Assembly: GCF_001194135.2 (NCBI RefSeq)
Contig: NC_068981.1
Span: forward strand, 5,800,208-5,845,888
From: Octopus bimaculoides
Taxonomy: Eukaryota
Direction: 5' to 3'
DNA length: 45,681 nucleotides
Below, piece by piece: positions 43,657 through 45,681 of this stretch (positions are counted from its first letter, which is position 1; every line of letters starts with the position of its first letter). The position numbers and the translations under genes are program-made. Under the pieces are notes generated by a model. The model searched no databases. It was given only the letters and a program-made list of their open reading frames with translations, and was not told where the DNA came from.

Positions 43657-44123
43657 TTGGGTCATCCCATAAATAATGCAGGTCTTTCAATTGCATGAAG
43701 TAAAATTCGAAGGGGGCCTTATTCTTAGTGCAAGTTTTGAAGAGTTTTGAAGAGTGCAGTTCGATTTTAACAGTTATGTTTTTCAAAGCTATAATGGAAT
43801 TGACAAAGGAGCATATTTGGCATATTTTGCTTTATGAGTTCAATAAAGGCAACAACGCAGCGGAAAGTGCAAGAAATATTAATGCAATATACGGAAATCG
43901 GACAAAAAGTGTAAGCCAATGTCAACGGTGGTCCCAGAAATTCTGAGTCAGAAACAGCAGCCTAGAAGACAAGCCTCATCCTGGAAGATGTGTAGAGCTC
44001 AATGAGGACCTCCTGCAAACCCTGGTGGAACAAAATCCTATTGTAACTGTTGAGGAACTTGCAGAGAAGCTGTCATTTCGTCATTCAACCATTCATCGAC
44101 ACATGTGTGCCATCGGAAAATGA
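43657..44123 (+). pseudogene. Mariner element 5' portion (TIR plus N-terminal HTH domains), 3'-truncated
   Basis: TA followed by TIR-like ttgggtcatcccataaataatgc. From ATG 43794: MELTKEHIWHILLYEFNKGNNAAESARNI...QRWSQKF*...LEDKPHPGR...EQNPIVTVEELAEKL...STIHRH. Confidence 0.85.
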
Positions 44124-44604
44124 CCATCTTTGGTTTCAAGATGAAAGGTGACGTTGGGCACAGGTGCCATCACGATTTCGCTTTTGATTGCCCCAGCAGG
44201 TCTTCGCAAGCCAAGTTTCATGTCCAATGGAGACGACGACGTATATTTACAAAGTATAGAAATTTCTTTCATCTTTTTTTTAAAAATACAGTTTGTACAT
44301 ATACAACAAGTGTGTATGTATATAATATAGGAATAATACAAAACCGTGTTAAAATACAAATCCTAAACAATAGCCATGAGTCTTCCATAATATAAGTTTA
44401 TTTACAAAAGAAAAACAAAGAAAAGAAAAAATGGAAAGAAAGAAAAAGGGGACAAAAAATGAGAAAAAGAGAAGGAAGAGAACCCCCCCCCCCAGTGCTT
44501 CAATTTGTCATACGCTACAAGGTTCAATGGAACCTACTGAAGCAAGCCAACACGCTAAACTTTAAATTTTGAAAAAAATTGTAATGTGTGTCACCACCAA
44601 CAAC

Positions 44605-44875
44605 CTGGAGCTGACCAAAGTCTTGTGAGTGGATTTGGTAGATGGAAACTGAAAGAAGCCTGTCATATGTATATGTCTGTGTGTGTGTGTCTTCCCCCAC
44701 CACCACTTGACAACCGTTGTTGGTTTGTTTACAATTCCATAACTAGAAGTTCGGCAAAAGAGACTGGTAGAATAAGTACCACTGGGGTTGTTTTGTTCAA
44801 CTAAACTCTTCAAGGTAGTACCCCAGCTTGGCCACAGTCTAATGATTGAAACAAATAAAAGATGAAATAAAAGAT
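44605..44875 (+). mobile_element. SINE family B, 5'-truncated
   Basis: gaccaaagtcttgtgagtggatttggtagatggaaactgaaagaagcc through ggccacagtctaatgattgaaacaaataaaaga. Confidence 0.85.
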
Positions 44876-44909
44876 TGACCAAAACCTGGCAGGAACTGAG
44901 AGTTTTCTA

Positions 44910-44987
44910 CAGTGTAGCTCAGAATGAAGCTAGTGTCTCAGAATGAGGCTACTGCATCAAAGCGAGGCTAGTGTATCAAAGAGAGGC
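44910..44987. repeat. Degenerate 19-bp minisatellite, about 4 units
   Basis: tagtgtctcagaatgaggc / tactgcatcaaagcgaggc / tagtgtatcaaagagaggc. Confidence 0.75.
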
Positions 44988-45217
44988 TATATGCGTCATT
45001 GATATATCTGTCTGCTGTGCAGGTCAACTCGTATATTACTATGTAATATGTAGCTCTGCTACAGCTTCTTTTCACTCGGTGCAATTGCTCATCACCAAAC
45101 AAGGTCATTCTACTGACACGCAGGCATAAACAGTCATTTTGCTGTTTCAGTGTCTCTCGTGTAACTGGATATCGACCGTAACCTAATCTCTTCAGAATAA
45201 TTTCAATAGCTTGAATA

Positions 45218-45452
45218 TTCTTTTAATTCTTTTATTTGTTTCAGTCATTTGACTGTGGCCATGCTGGAGCACTGCCTTTAATCGAGCAAATTGGCCCCAG
45301 GACTTATTCTTTGTAAGCCTAGTACTTATTCTATTGGCCTCTTTTGCCAAACCGCTAAGTTCTGGGGATGCAAACACACCAACATTGGTTGTCAAGCGAT
45401 AGTGGGGGGATAAACACAGACACACTAATACATACATACATTTATATATATA
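45218..45452 (-). mobile_element. SINE family B 3' half
   Basis: ttcttttatttgtttcagtcatttgactgtggccatgctggagcac through gggggataaacacagacacac and (TA)n. Confidence 0.88.
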
Positions 45453-45454
45453 TA

Positions 45455-45681
45455 TCATCATCATCATCGTTTAACGTCCGCTTTCCATGCTAGCATGGGT
45501 TGGACGATTTGACTGAGGACTGGTGAAACCGGATGGCAACACCAGGCTCCAGTCTGATTTGGCAGAGTTTCTACAGCTGGATGCCCTTCCTAACGCCAAC
45601 CACTCAGAGAGTGTAGTGGGTGCTTTTACGTGTCACCCGCACGAAAACGGCCACGCTCGAAATGGTGTCTTTTATGTGCCA
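45455..45681 (-). mobile_element. RTE-LINE 3' end (family C), near consensus, inserted in the (TA)n of SINE B; runs off the window
   Basis: catcatcatcatcgtttaacgtccgctttccatgctagcatgggttgg...ggatgcccttcctaacgccaaccac. Confidence 0.9.

Noticed and set aside
35236-44987. CRISPR-like arrays at the short tandem repeats
   Set aside because: There are no unique spacers, no cas genes, and the context is eukaryotic.

Overview
Repeat-dense, AT-rich eukaryotic genomic DNA, most likely from an octopus. This is inferred from the SINE families, which I recognise from memory, and from the extreme microsatellite density. It is a short-read-type assembly with six N gaps. The only host coding feature is exon 1 of a VAT-1/VAT1L-like gene (minus strand, 461-250, phase-2 GT donor); the rest of that gene lies left of the window. 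The other ~45 kb is upstream/intergenic or intronic DNA. It contains about 40 SINE/LINE-tail copies from at least five families and a decayed ~3 kb R4/Dong-type RLE LINE (37592-40648). It also holds two RLE-LINE 3' ends, a Penelope-like (Naiad-type) GIY-YIG relic, mariner and hAT transposase relics, several MITEs, a Helentron-type non-autonomous element and many microsatellites. I found no new protein-coding system and no CRISPR, rRNA or tRNA genes. The most notable signal is a set of minimal type-I hammerhead-ribozyme motifs: one with an intact core (35818-35862) in a 211-bp (TA)n-flanked unit, one a single CpG-type change from canonical (9919-9956), and several degenerate ones, including one just downstream of the Penelope relic. 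Other leads are a triple ATTAYCCTAATCC motif about 1 kb upstream of the VAT1L ATG, a 72-nt hairpin, and unusual nesting or rearrangement of mobile elements. Family names are from memory and need database confirmation, and boundaries of degraded repeats are approximate.
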